Of a stretch of 64,000 nucleotides of DNA, positions 20,745 through 30,358 are shown piece after piece. The notes beneath the pieces were generated by a model. The model was not told where the DNA came from. It did not search any database and saw only the letters and a program-made list of their open reading frames with translations. Each line of letters opens with the position of its first letter. Position 1 is the stretch's first letter. The position numbers were made by a program, and so were the translations under genes. This DNA is from a virus. Where the stretch lies: the IMG/VR virus record IMGVR_UViG_3300025853_000058, positions 1-64,000 of that record, one strand, 5' to 3'.

Positions 20745-22394
20745 TCATCCTTCCATCTCCTTTGCTTTAAATGCCGCTAATCTAATTGCTTCTCTAGCAC
20801 TAGCAGTAATACTAGCGGCTAAATCTACATCAGCCCAACCAAATCCTTGATAGGCTACAATTCCGTAAAATGAAGCCATTAGGCGTTTTACTGCCATTTG
20901 ATTGTTATGCCACTTTACTTCTTCCTTAGAATCTCCGGCCTCTCTTGCCTGTCGCATGAGCCGCTTATATTCATTCCGCAAAGTCTTCAATTCAAGAACG
21001 GCTCTTGGCAATAAACCAAGTTTATCTGTTTTGTAATAAAGTGTGTGTTCTCTTGTTGTTTCTGAGAAATCTCTTGGTGTTAGAATATTAACACCAAATT
21101 CAGTAGGTTCGTTTGATTTAGTTTCCCATGAAATATTGCGAGCAATCATCATTGATGGGTACAATCCTGCAAAATCAAAAGCCGCTACATTAAGATGTAG
21201 TCCGTTCGTTCCTTCACTAAGAGGGTCATAAATCATAGCACCTTCATAATCCTGTCTTTCAATATTTTTATCACCCGTTGGTGCTTTCCAAGTAGCATTC
21301 CTCATAAAATATATCGAACCCATATTACTTGCATAGAAACAAGATTCAAACGGAGCGCACAGTAATCGCTGTAATGAGATAATTGCTTCGCTACAAAAGT
21401 TTGTTTCATCAATTTCAACCATTAACTCAACATCAACTAAAGCATATTTAAGATATGTTTCTGTATCTTCGAGCCAAGCCCTGCGATAAAATTCATTTGG
21501 GTCTGGGAATTTCTTAGACACTAACTTAGTTTTACCAAGAACTTCTTCAGAAATATAGTTTAAAGACATTGATGGTAATGTTCCTCTTTGTGAATCATTC
21601 CACTGTCGCTCAAAAGCAAGGTCTAAATTGAGGGTTATGCGGCCCCCTATGGGCTGTTGGACCGGACTGAACCCACTTTCACCTTTAGTGAAAACAAGGC
21701 CGTTAGGGGTCTTCTTTACCCCTTCTATGCGGTTAATTGGTGACATGAGCATGGGGTTAATTCCCAAAGCACAGCACCTTTCAAGCAATTTTGGAATATC
21801 TGCAAAATTACCAAACCATGCAATTAACATATCGGGGTCTTTATTTACCATAACTCGAATAAAGGATTCAATCATTTCCTTTTCATCATCAAAGAACAAC
21901 GGTTGCTCTCCTTCATAATTAGGGAACCAAGCCCATTGATAGTATTCTTTATCATAATTATCGTACATTACAATAGTAGTAATTTCATCATGGTGTTCTC
22001 CACCTTGTTGCCATTCCATATCCCAATACCATTTACGAAGTTCGTATTCCGGCATTTCGTGAATCTTATCAACAGCATATCTGTTAGTAATAGAAACATC
22101 TGCTTCAAAGGTCTTGTTCCATTTTTTACGGGCTTTGTAAATATCACTAGCCTTTTCAACAACAACCTTTTGTAAAGGCTTACCTTGCAAAGAAACCCAA
22201 TCGCCTTTAATATACTTAAATGGTCGGGTAATGTGACGGCTTGCTGAATAATCATCAAACCTAAACTCTCCGTCTTCTATAAAGAAGTAAGGGTCGAAAG
22301 CCTCAAGTTTAAATTTACGCTCGCCATTTTCTCGCCATGCTGTGTATATGTGTTTTTCGTCTAAGCATTTACTAATTATCATTTTAATTACCAC
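20745..22394 (-). CDS. polB: Family B DNA polymerase, N-terminal subunit (exonuclease plus motifs A and B)
   Basis: ExoI WDME, ExoIII YALVD, motif A DFAGLYPS, motif B KRLMASFYG; ends just before motif C. Confidence 0.9.
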   Translation of the reverse strand: MVIKMIISKCLDEKHIYTAWRENGERKFKLEAFDPYFFIEDGEFRFDDYSASRHITRPFKYIKGDWVSLQGKPLQKVVVEKASDIYKARKKWNKTFEADVSITNRYAVDKIHEMPEYELRKWYWDMEWQQGGEHHDEITTIVMYDNYDKEYYQWAWFPNYEGEQPLFFDDEKEMIESFIRVMVNKDPDMLIAWFGNFADIPKLLERCCALGINPMLMSPINRIEGVKKTPNGLVFTKGESGFSPVQQPIGGRITLNLDLAFERQWNDSQRGTLPSMSLNYISEEVLGKTKLVSKKFPDPNEFYRRAWLEDTETYLKYALVDVELMVEIDETNFCSEAIISLQRLLCAPFESCFYASNMGSIYFMRNATWKAPTGDKNIERQDYEGAMIYDPLSEGTNGLHLNVAAFDFAGLYPSMMIARNISWETKSNEPTEFGVNILTPRDFSETTREHTLYYKTDKLGLLPRAVLELKTLRNEYKRLMRQAREAGDSKEEVKWHNNQMAVKRLMASFYGIVAYQGFGWADVDLAASITASAREAIRLAAFKAKEMEG

Positions 22395-23151
22395 CGGTAT
22401 AGGGTGCTTTTAATATCTTTCTGTTGTTGGCTACAATGAGCAAAGGAAACTCATCTTTTACATAAAAGTTAAGTTCTTGTCCTTTCTCAAAGAATCTGTG
22501 TAATGGGCCGGAATATTCCAATGTTGCCGCATCTCCAATATGTGATTCTAATTCGAATTTTTCTTCGTATTTGTTAGAAACACTAGTCGTGCTTGAGAAG
22601 GTTAATTCACCATTTTCAAAGTTCAATTTGAATACTCCACTCTTAACTAATTCACAAAGACTAATTGCTTCATTGAAATCATCTCTATTTAATTTAAAAG
22701 CACCTTCAAACTTTGAAGAACCAAAAGCCCAAAGTTTTTCTAGTTCCTCTTCATAAGAAATATGTTTTACCATTTCACGAATACGGGTGATGGCTTCCAT
22801 GTTTGGGTGATTAACAACCATAGGTAAAGAAGCAACTTTACTTCCAGAAGTTAATTTCAAAAAGTCACCGGTTTCAAAATGTACTGCTTCACCAAACTTT
22901 TTCAAATAAGGAATAATTAAATCTGCATTACCTATGAAAGAACCATTCTCAATACCAGCAACCGTTAAAGTGATATTCATACCGAATGTCAAGTCACCAT
23001 TCCACAAATCTAAATTGTTTCCTTCGAGTACCATATAAAAATAGTTTCCCATTTTAGATGAACTAAGACCACCATTACCAAGATACTTTCCTTTACCCTG
23101 AATGTCTGTCAAAGCATTTTCCATCTGTTTGTTATCTACTGCAAATTTCAA
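22384..23151 (-). CDS. pcn: Sliding clamp (PCNA-like)
   Basis: 255 aa, C-terminal FPLLI...LKAP typical of PCNA; adjacent to polB. Confidence 0.7.
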   Translation of the reverse strand: MKFAVDNKQMENALTDIQGKGKYLGNGGLSSSKMGNYFYMVLEGNNLDLWNGDLTFGMNITLTVAGIENGSFIGNADLIIPYLKKFGEAVHFETGDFLKLTSGSKVASLPMVVNHPNMEAITRIREMVKHISYEEELEKLWAFGSSKFEGAFKLNRDDFNEAISLCELVKSGVFKLNFENGELTFSSTTSVSNKYEEKFELESHIGDAATLEYSGPLHRFFEKGQELNFYVKDEFPLLIVANNRKILKAPYTGGN

Positions 23152-23921
23152 ATCTTTCCCTCCCTTAATTCAGGAACACCGTTCCATTGAATATTAGGGG
23201 GAGTTCCTTCACGCACAGTCCATTTCTTTCCAACTAAATTACCGTTGGTTCTAGAAGCCATTAATTCAGCAGTAAAATGCAACTCGTTCTTTACCTTCTT
23301 CTTTGAGCAGTAAATCTCTTGTTCCAACATTCCTCCCCAATTTCTCCAAACAGGTCGCACACCAACAGCAATATTATCAATATACTTTTCTGCTTCATGG
23401 GTAATATAAACTACATCGCAATTCATATTGAAAATCATCCTCATTAAAGTATCGAATGTTTTATTCCTATTACCATACTGAAACGGCATAATCTTTGTCA
23501 CCACTCTTGGGTTAGGATTAACTTTTAACATACAACTTTCAAACCAAGTATCGACGCCATCTATGACGAATACAATATCTTCACCTGCTTCCATTTGTTC
23601 TTTAGCAAAGGTAATAAAATCCTCGGAATTTTTTTCACTTTTATCAAAATCTATAATGTTATCTTTTCGCATTACAATAGGGCAATATACATTGATTCGT
23701 TCTGTTGCATCATGACAGGTTTTATGTGTTGAATCTGCGCCATTATCCCAATCAAGAACATAAATGTTCTTATCGGGGAAGTCTAATGCAATTCCTGTTT
23801 TTCCGGTTTTGGGTTCTCCCCAAATACCTAATACCAATCGTGGTTTTCGTTGCGCTCTTTTTTGAGCCATCAATTCTTTAAAATTTGTTTTTTCTTTCTT
23901 ATTCCCTAGCAAGCCAATCAC
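23148..23921 (-). CDS. RecA-fold ATPase (Sak4/AAA_24/RadB-like)
   Basis: GEPKTGKT, LDWDNG, VIDG and YITHE motifs. Confidence 0.7.
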   Translation of the reverse strand: MIGLLGNKKEKTNFKELMAQKRAQRKPRLVLGIWGEPKTGKTGIALDFPDKNIYVLDWDNGADSTHKTCHDATERINVYCPIVMRKDNIIDFDKSEKNSEDFITFAKEQMEAGEDIVFVIDGVDTWFESCMLKVNPNPRVVTKIMPFQYGNRNKTFDTLMRMIFNMNCDVVYITHEAEKYIDNIAVGVRPVWRNWGGMLEQEIYCSKKKVKNELHFTAELMASRTNGNLVGKKWTVREGTPPNIQWNGVPELREGKI

Positions 23922-24165
23922 CTATATCATTTTCATCTATATCTACATCTTTACCATTAGCGGCACACCAAGATTTGATAATACCAAGTAGTTCATTCTT
24001 CGATGAGCAAATAAACCTTGTTTCCTTAGTTCCAATGTGGAACTTCATAAAGTATTCACCCTTCCTTTTATCATTTTCATTCCAAGTTAAAAAGTCAACC
24101 TTTTGCAAATCTGCAATATAACTTTCTCCCTTTAGAATGAATTTATTTTCTATTACATCATTCAT
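23899..24165 (-). CDS. Hypothetical protein
   Basis: ORF with GGAGG RBS. Confidence 0.55.
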   Translation of the reverse strand: MNDVIENKFILKGESYIADLQKVDFLTWNENDKRKGEYFMKFHIGTKETRFICSSKNELLGIIKSWCAANGKDVDIDENDIGDWLARE

Positions 24166-24262
24166 TTATTTTTCCTCCTTAGAGAGTAGGCATCGCACCT
24201 ACCCGAATGTCATTCATTGGAATACACTTACACACGCACTTAAGAATATTAGTTTAACTTAC

Positions 24263-25486
24263 TCAAAACCAATCGTAAGATTCTTCAACCGGAGAATTGA
24301 CTTCAACCGGAGAACCTCGCTTTTCAGTCACAAGAACTGCTGATACATTGATAGTCACAGGTTCTGCAACGCCATCAATCATTCTTTGAGAAGTTCTACC
24401 AACAACAATAACTGAAGAACCAATACCAAAATCAATATCAATGTGTTCAGGAATCCAACAAGTAGTCATGTTAGATTCATTCTCGTAGTCAAATTCAGCA
24501 TTCAAATCAGTAATATTCAAAATACGATTGCCGTTTGAAGTAGGCATCATATTCATATTACACACAGTACCATCGGTGACGACAAAGCGTTCCTTTGAAG
24601 GAAGAGTTTGCATTGTGATATGCGCCCTATCAATTTCAACTAATGGTGATAGATGCTTTTCATACGCTTGAGCAAGCGTACTAACAAAGTCAAATTCAGA
24701 AACATCTCGATAGTCTGAGTTTTCTGGGTCCAATTCAGAATTGGCAATTAGACTGTTCTTTGTTGTCATAGTCATTCCGTAGAGATTAGTTCCGTCATCG
24801 GAAGGAATTGCAACAAAGTGCATGAACTCATAACAATTAGGAGTAAATTCAACTCCGCCTTGATTCTTGTATGAGAATTGATATGACTTCATTTCGCCAC
24901 CATCAACACTTCCATAGAAGATACCACTTCGTCGCATTTGTTCCAAAGGCAAAGGCTTACCATAATTACGGTTTTCTCCACCATTCATGTATGCTTTGGT
25001 ATTATCCAAAGGAATGACCATTACACCATCTGGCATTTCTTCCGCACCTTCCGGTAAATCAGCAACCATTCGTTCTTGATATTCACCATTATGATAACGG
25101 CTAATCATCCACTTACCCAAAGCATTTTGAGTAGCAATTGCTACATGGCCTTCATTCAAAGCATTATCCGAATCACGGTTGTATTCTTCCTTTGCTCTAT
25201 TACGGTTCCAACTCATCATATCTCTTGGTGCTTCCAAAGCAACAAAGAAACCAAAGCACTGCTTAGTTAGAGAATTACTTCCAGAACTTTGCGTTGTTTG
25301 ACCTTGTTTTGAGCGACGAATAACTTGTGCGGCAAAATTTCGCCAAAGGCCCAAACCTAAGTTATCATTTACCTCAATGTTATTCTCAGCACAAATGCTG
25401 GTGTATTTTTCAGTTGCTTCCTCCACAGTCATATTCATGTGTTGTGCGCTCTTTTCTATTTCGTTTTGCATTATTTCGCTTAACAT
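24263..25486 (-). CDS. RPA-like single-stranded DNA-binding protein
   Basis: C-terminal OB-fold-like region (DGTV...ITD...GSSVIVVGRT) and acidic-aromatic tail EESYDWF. Confidence 0.6.
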   Translation of the reverse strand: MLSEIMQNEIEKSAQHMNMTVEEATEKYTSICAENNIEVNDNLGLGLWRNFAAQVIRRSKQGQTTQSSGSNSLTKQCFGFFVALEAPRDMMSWNRNRAKEEYNRDSDNALNEGHVAIATQNALGKWMISRYHNGEYQERMVADLPEGAEEMPDGVMVIPLDNTKAYMNGGENRNYGKPLPLEQMRRSGIFYGSVDGGEMKSYQFSYKNQGGVEFTPNCYEFMHFVAIPSDDGTNLYGMTMTTKNSLIANSELDPENSDYRDVSEFDFVSTLAQAYEKHLSPLVEIDRAHITMQTLPSKERFVVTDGTVCNMNMMPTSNGNRILNITDLNAEFDYENESNMTTCWIPEHIDIDFGIGSSVIVVGRTSQRMIDGVAEPVTINVSAVLVTEKRGSPVEVNSPVEESYDWF

Positions 25487-25505
25487 ATTTTCACTTCCTT
25501 TTTTT

Positions 25506-26426
25506 TCAGATTAGTTGTCCAACCATCCATGATAGTAATACTTTCGGAGTCATGGTAGTTGAACGATATTCGCTTTCTCCGACTGTTCTTAACAGTTTAT
25601 ACTTGGTAGTATTATCCAAGCCATCCGAAGCAATTACAGCATTATGCAAACCTAAACAGATTTGTTTAACGCTACGACCTTCATAAATAATTTTATGAAG
25701 GTCTGCAAGTGCTTTGTTTGGATTCTTATTTAAGATTTCAATTAGTATTTCATTGTATTCCTGATGAGATGTTTCGATTTGTTTTGATAACGAGAAGCCC
25801 GATGATTTGGCCGCTTGTATCTCAGTAATCGCCCTGCGTAAGTCACCATCCACCTCATATATGAAGGTTGCCAACTCATCATCAGCAAAGACATTTATTT
25901 GCTCTTTTTGAAGTATTGATTTGATTACTTCAAAAATGACTTCATTAGTGAGTGGCTTAAAATGATAGTTAGCACACCTGCTTTGTAATGCGTGGATGAT
26001 TTTACTTCTATCATTACAAGTGATAATGAATCTAATATTAGACGCATAACGCTCCATGATTCTTTTCAGTGCGTTCTGTGCATCATTAGTCATACCATCC
26101 ATCTCATCTAATAACATTATTCTAAATGCTACATCTCCTATTGTTCCACTTTGTGCAACATTTTTAATCATAGTTCTAACTGTTTCAAGTCGTCTATCAT
26201 CGGAAGCATTTACTTCTACATAGTTATCTTTGAATCTATCCTTCAAGAAATCCTTCGCTAACGCAATTGCCGCACCTGTTTTACCATTTCCGGGATTTCC
26301 GTATAATAAAACATTAGGCATATTATTTTCTTCAACCCAACTTTGGGCATCCATAACAAAGTGTTCTTGTCCTACAATTTCTCCAATCTTATTGGGCCGG
26401 TATTTTTCTGTCCATAACATTTTCAT
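25506..26426 (-). CDS. rfcS: Replication factor C small subunit
   Basis: WTEKYRP, GNPGNGKT, NASDDR, LDEMD, SRC and GDLR RFC boxes. Confidence 0.93.
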   Translation of the reverse strand: MKMLWTEKYRPNKIGEIVGQEHFVMDAQSWVEENNMPNVLLYGNPGNGKTGAAIALAKDFLKDRFKDNYVEVNASDDRRLETVRTMIKNVAQSGTIGDVAFRIMLLDEMDGMTNDAQNALKRIMERYASNIRFIITCNDRSKIIHALQSRCANYHFKPLTNEVIFEVIKSILQKEQINVFADDELATFIYEVDGDLRRAITEIQAAKSSGFSLSKQIETSHQEYNEILIEILNKNPNKALADLHKIIYEGRSVKQICLGLHNAVIASDGLDNTTKYKLLRTVGESEYRSTTMTPKVLLSWMVGQLI

Positions 26427-26685
26427 CTTCCTCTTTTAATTTCCATATTGTTTGTTTGGTTTCATTACAGAAACCGTTTTTAGTTGCCATACCTCTAAGA
26501 AGCATAGCAAGTTGTGTGATAGTCGGGTTATCATGCCTTGTGTTAGTTTTCAATTTTTTTCTTCCCTTTCTATATCCTGTAATAGAAGGTCTAGTTTCTA
26601 ACTCAAACATAACTTCCGATGTTGTTAGTTCTCTATTTTCTTCTAAAATAATTTTTATTCTTTCTTTAAGTCTTTTTTGTTTCAT
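26389..26685 (-). CDS. wHTH-like DNA-binding protein
   Basis: Basic protein with LTTSEV...TQLAMLL...IWKL pattern. Confidence 0.45.
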   Translation of the reverse strand: MKQKRLKERIKIILEENRELTTSEVMFELETRPSITGYRKGRKKLKTNTRHDNPTITQLAMLLRGMATKNGFCNETKQTIWKLKEEDENVMDRKIPAQ

Positions 26686-27536
26686 AGGTAATCCCCCAAT
26701 GTTGTTTGCTGAACCTTAATAGGGTCAGTCTTTTTTCTTCTTCTCTTTTCTCCTAATTTTAGGATACGACATTCGCCGTTATTTAACTTAGATTTTGCAT
26801 ACGCTACAAATTCTTCGTCCTTAACAAATTGCTTAAGCAATCTTTCTTCCCCTGTTTTAATACCCACTCTCTTAATTAGTTTGGGTTTCTGTGAATACTT
26901 CCCACGCTTAGGCATTTTTACCTGTCCTAAAGTTTTACCTCCATGACAGTATGCCAACATTTCGTAAAAGTAAATCTGTGACCATCTTCGTTTAACTACA
27001 CCATCAACAAATAATAATTTGTTTGGGTGCATATTCTCAACTAACCAAGACAACACTTGAGTATCGGAAGGTTTGTTGTGTTTTAATATCTTTGCCACTA
27101 AATCTCTATCTGATTCTTTTAGAAACATAGAAACCAATGAATAGGTGTCTTGGTCAAGAGTTAGAGGTTCTTGTGAGCGAGGTGCTATATCTAATACTTT
27201 CTCTCTAAGAAACTTATTAGAACCTGCTCTTTTAATCTGACACATTGCTTTAATGTCTTTAGGTACAGACTTCTCATTCAAAGAAGTGATTATAACTTGA
27301 CCTCTAAACTTTCTAAGAACATTGAGAATAGCATCCTTCTTTGGTTTAATATGAATATCTTCAATAATGATACCGTTATCTATTGGTAGAGAGCCTAAAT
27401 CTTTAATGTCCATTTCATCAGCATAGCAAAGAAAAGCATCGGGTAGCATACTTCTTGCCTTTGTAGTTTTACCTGTGCCTGTCTTTCCGGTTAAGAGTAT
27501 TGGTCTTTTTAAATCCATTGTTGTAAATCCCAACAT
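26682..27536 (-). CDS. Clamp loader large-subunit-like AAA+ protein
   Basis: GKTGTGKTT, IIIED, C-terminal QQTTLGDYL PIP-box-like motif; near rfcS. Confidence 0.65.
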   Translation of the reverse strand: MLGFTTMDLKRPILLTGKTGTGKTTKARSMLPDAFLCYADEMDIKDLGSLPIDNGIIIEDIHIKPKKDAILNVLRKFRGQVIITSLNEKSVPKDIKAMCQIKRAGSNKFLREKVLDIAPRSQEPLTLDQDTYSLVSMFLKESDRDLVAKILKHNKPSDTQVLSWLVENMHPNKLLFVDGVVKRRWSQIYFYEMLAYCHGGKTLGQVKMPKRGKYSQKPKLIKRVGIKTGEERLLKQFVKDEEFVAYAKSKLNNGECRILKLGEKRRRKKTDPIKVQQTTLGDYL

Positions 27537-27937
27537 TAAACCCCCTTCAACTCAAAAAGTCTTTCAAGACCTTCTAATTGCAAGTGGCGACCATTGGAAA
27601 CAATGTCCACACATTCTCTAAATGTAGTCCACTCATTGTTAGCATCAGGTAGTTCTTCGGGTACTAACTGCATCAACTTAAACAATGTCTTTATTCCCCC
27701 TATTCTAAGGATAGGTCTTGGCCTACCTTTATGTTCTGCTTCTTTATACTTAGAATCAATTTGATGTTGTTCAAGACTTCTCTTTATAGCAAGAAGAAAA
27801 TCACTGTCTGCTCTCAAGTTAATTCTAAGTCTTACTCTATACCCTATTTGAGAAGTATCATTTTTTTCTAGGTAAATGTCAGTTTTAGACATTCCTAACA
27901 TAATTCCTATTAACATATCTTTACTATACATATTCAT
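27536..27937 (-). CDS. LAGLIDADG-like protein (degenerate)
   Basis: GYRVRLRI...HLQLEGLERL pattern; first motif reads LIGIMLGMS without the acidic residue. Confidence 0.6.
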   Translation of the reverse strand: MNMYSKDMLIGIMLGMSKTDIYLEKNDTSQIGYRVRLRINLRADSDFLLAIKRSLEQHQIDSKYKEAEHKGRPRPILRIGGIKTLFKLMQLVPEELPDANNEWTTFRECVDIVSNGRHLQLEGLERLFELKGV

Positions 27938-28383
27938 TCCTCTTTCTTTGCATAATCATTATGGTCGGGCCAATAGCCTTCAACTTGCATATTAGTTTCC
28001 AACCAAAAGAAGTGAGCCGCTTCAATGGTATCTTTACCACGAATTACAGCATTTCTTTCAGCATTAGCAACCATGTTTCGTATGGCGGTATCTGTCCATT
28101 CCTTCAATAGCCTAATTGCACCATGACTGATTGATAAATCAGTTTCACTCGTAGCAATCTTACGAAGACTGAAAGTAGTATTCATCTTGTATTTTTCAGC
28201 AGGTTCCGGTTCGGGTGTAATAAACTCTTTATCTTTGAAATAAGGAACAAGCGTTGCCTTCATCTTTTTTGGCCTACCTTGTGTTGTAGTCACATCTTTT
28301 AAATGAGCATACCCGTCTTTATCAATATCAATACATGAGTATGTCTTAAAGTCAATTACTGTTAATCCTCCTACTTCAATCAT
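27934..28383 (-). CDS. Protein with C-terminal histone fold
   Basis: LRKIA..ISHGAIRLLKEW..AERNAVIRGKDTIEAAHF matches the archaeal histone alpha1-L1-alpha2-L2-alpha3 pattern. Confidence 0.65.
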   Translation of the reverse strand: MIEVGGLTVIDFKTYSCIDIDKDGYAHLKDVTTTQGRPKKMKATLVPYFKDKEFITPEPEPAEKYKMNTTFSLRKIATSETDLSISHGAIRLLKEWTDTAIRNMVANAERNAVIRGKDTIEAAHFFWLETNMQVEGYWPDHNDYAKKEE

Positions 28384-29909
28384 TTCAATCTCTCCACATC
28401 TTCAATAGTGTTAATGTCTGCTACGAACTTATCGTCACGGATTCTTTTCATCCGAGGGAAACGCAAACCAATATTTCCCTTTGCATCAGTGCTAACCAAA
28501 TCGGCCTTTACTTCCAAAACAATTCTTGGAAGGAACTCATATCGTCCATCAGAAAAGTTTTCCACAATCTTTCTAAGTTGTCCGGTTAATGTAATTAGTT
28601 GTAAATCGGAAAAGCCCGTACCAATTGAACCTATGTTTGTAAAACCATTATCAGACTTTACTCCGATTTCAAATGTACCAAATACATTTGACCTACGACC
28701 TTCCCCATAAGATGCCGCAAGAATAACCACATCTAATTCAATTTGTGGCGGTTTGTATTTTGCCCAACCTGTGCTTCTTTTGCCCGCTTCGTATGGCATA
28801 GAAGCATCCTTTACAATAATACCTTCAAACCCATCATTTATTGCTTGATGGTAAAAAGCCATAACATCTCCTTCTTTATCCATACGGTGCGCTTGGTCTG
28901 GGTTTGATTTAAAAATCTCTAATCGTTCAAAATAAGATAAGTCCATAAGGGTGCGCTCTCCCCACTTCAAACAGTCGAAGATAACCCACCGTACCGGCAC
29001 TCTATTCATGGCCTCGGTATGGTCTTTAGAATGCACTCTCGTACCCATTTTCTTATGCTCATCGGGCGTTCCGTCCTCTTTGATTGGGTAGATTTCACCG
29101 TCGAAAATCGCTTGCATAACTTCGTAATTACTTATGAGTTCTGCAACATCAGCGAATTGAGGGGTCACGATATTACCTTTACGATTAAAGATAATTACAT
29201 CTTCTCCATCTTTGTGGATTTGATACCTATTACCATCATACTTATAATCAACGATTCTGTTTTTAGGCCACTTATTCATAGGCACTTCTTTTGCTAGCAT
29301 AGGTTTAATGAACTTACCATGAGTTAAATTACACGGAGGTTCTTCTCCACGCTCATAGTGAGATACTACGCTTTCGATTGAATTAAAATTACAATGCTTC
29401 TTAACGATAGCCTGTTTCTTATTAAAGTGCTTTGCAATAATTTTCTTTACTACTCCATCCCGCAAACCATTTCTTGTTGTTTTCAACCAATAGCGAATGA
29501 ACCATTTTGCTTCTAAGGCAGATAAGTCTGCTAAGAAAGAATCAACTGTTCTATACGCCTCGGAATCTACACCTGCACAATCTAATGAAAGAATCCTGTA
29601 AAATGTAGCAAGACTGTGTTCTGTTTGAGTCACTGCTGATGGGTCAAGATAATAAATAGCATCGCCTAAATCATCATGGACATTATATTCTTGTTCGATT
29701 TCATCATCAAAACAGTTATACATTTTAGTTAGCCACTTCTTTGCTTTCGCAAGCCCAATATTATTGGATGGGTATTCTTGCGAAAGAATAGCAAAGAATG
29801 TTGCTTTGTCTTCAAAATTCTCCAGTTCCCTCGAAATTAGCGTTGCTTGTTGTGTTGGAGTCAATAACTCCGTCGCTTCTAATAATCTCGTAAATTTTTT
29901 CATTGTCAT
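28380..29909 (-). CDS. lig: ATP-dependent DNA ligase
   Basis: KYDGNR, DGEI, EGIIVK, WAKYK and LRFPR motifs. Confidence 0.95.
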   Translation of the reverse strand: MTMKKFTRLLEATELLTPTQQATLISRELENFEDKATFFAILSQEYPSNNIGLAKAKKWLTKMYNCFDDEIEQEYNVHDDLGDAIYYLDPSAVTQTEHSLATFYRILSLDCAGVDSEAYRTVDSFLADLSALEAKWFIRYWLKTTRNGLRDGVVKKIIAKHFNKKQAIVKKHCNFNSIESVVSHYERGEEPPCNLTHGKFIKPMLAKEVPMNKWPKNRIVDYKYDGNRYQIHKDGEDVIIFNRKGNIVTPQFADVAELISNYEVMQAIFDGEIYPIKEDGTPDEHKKMGTRVHSKDHTEAMNRVPVRWVIFDCLKWGERTLMDLSYFERLEIFKSNPDQAHRMDKEGDVMAFYHQAINDGFEGIIVKDASMPYEAGKRSTGWAKYKPPQIELDVVILAASYGEGRRSNVFGTFEIGVKSDNGFTNIGSIGTGFSDLQLITLTGQLRKIVENFSDGRYEFLPRIVLEVKADLVSTDAKGNIGLRFPRMKRIRDDKFVADINTIEDVERLK

Positions 29910-30045
29910 CTATAATCACTTCTCCTTTGTTTATTTTTATAATTAATTCTTTTAGAAGGTTGCTTATCTTTCCTTCGTTCTTTTCTGAATAAGACCACAT
30001 AGCGTTTGCTAAGTATTCCCAATCACTCTTCTTCACTAAGACCAC
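29812..30045 (-). CDS. Hypothetical protein
   Basis: Co-oriented ORF overlapping neighbours. Confidence 0.4.
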   Translation of the reverse strand: MVLVKKSDWEYLANAMWSYSEKNEGKISNLLKELIIKINKGEVIIDDNEKIYEIIRSDGVIDSNTTSNANFEGTGEF

Positions 30046-30358
30046 CTATTAATCTTGTGAAATTAACATTCATCATGTGAACAGCATTTGCTTCTTGGAC
30101 TTTATTAAGTGTTAGAAACTTATCTGCCATTGTCATTAGTGTTGCTTGACTGATAAAAATCGCATACTTAGAAAGTTCTTCGTCTGTTTGTATTTCCCAA
30201 TACATAACATATGTTGATTTGGTGTATTGGTTAGATTTACTCATTGTAGCAAATTGCTGATTGAATAAATCAAGCCATCTACCTTCAAGTTTCTTTCTCA
30301 TTCCTTTAGCCCAAATGTTCATGGACTTATCTGTTTGCCAATGTTCTTCATAATTCAT
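30023..30358 (-). CDS. Hypothetical protein
   Basis: ATGA-coupled ORF. Confidence 0.55.
   Translation of the reverse strand: MNYEEHWQTDKSMNIWAKGMRKKLEGRWLDLFNQQFATMSKSNQYTKSTYVMYWEIQTDEELSKYAIFISQATLMTMADKFLTLNKVQEANAVHMMNVNFTRLIGGLSEEE

Larger units (their letters stand above)
19436..20748 (-). other. Cluster of about 8 small ORFs between the two polB halves
   Basis: ORFs read at 19436-19528, 19533-19703, 19700-19831, 19828-19971, 19961-20185, 20187-20378, 20375-20485 and 20482-20748; most are stop/start coupled. Confidence 0.65.
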
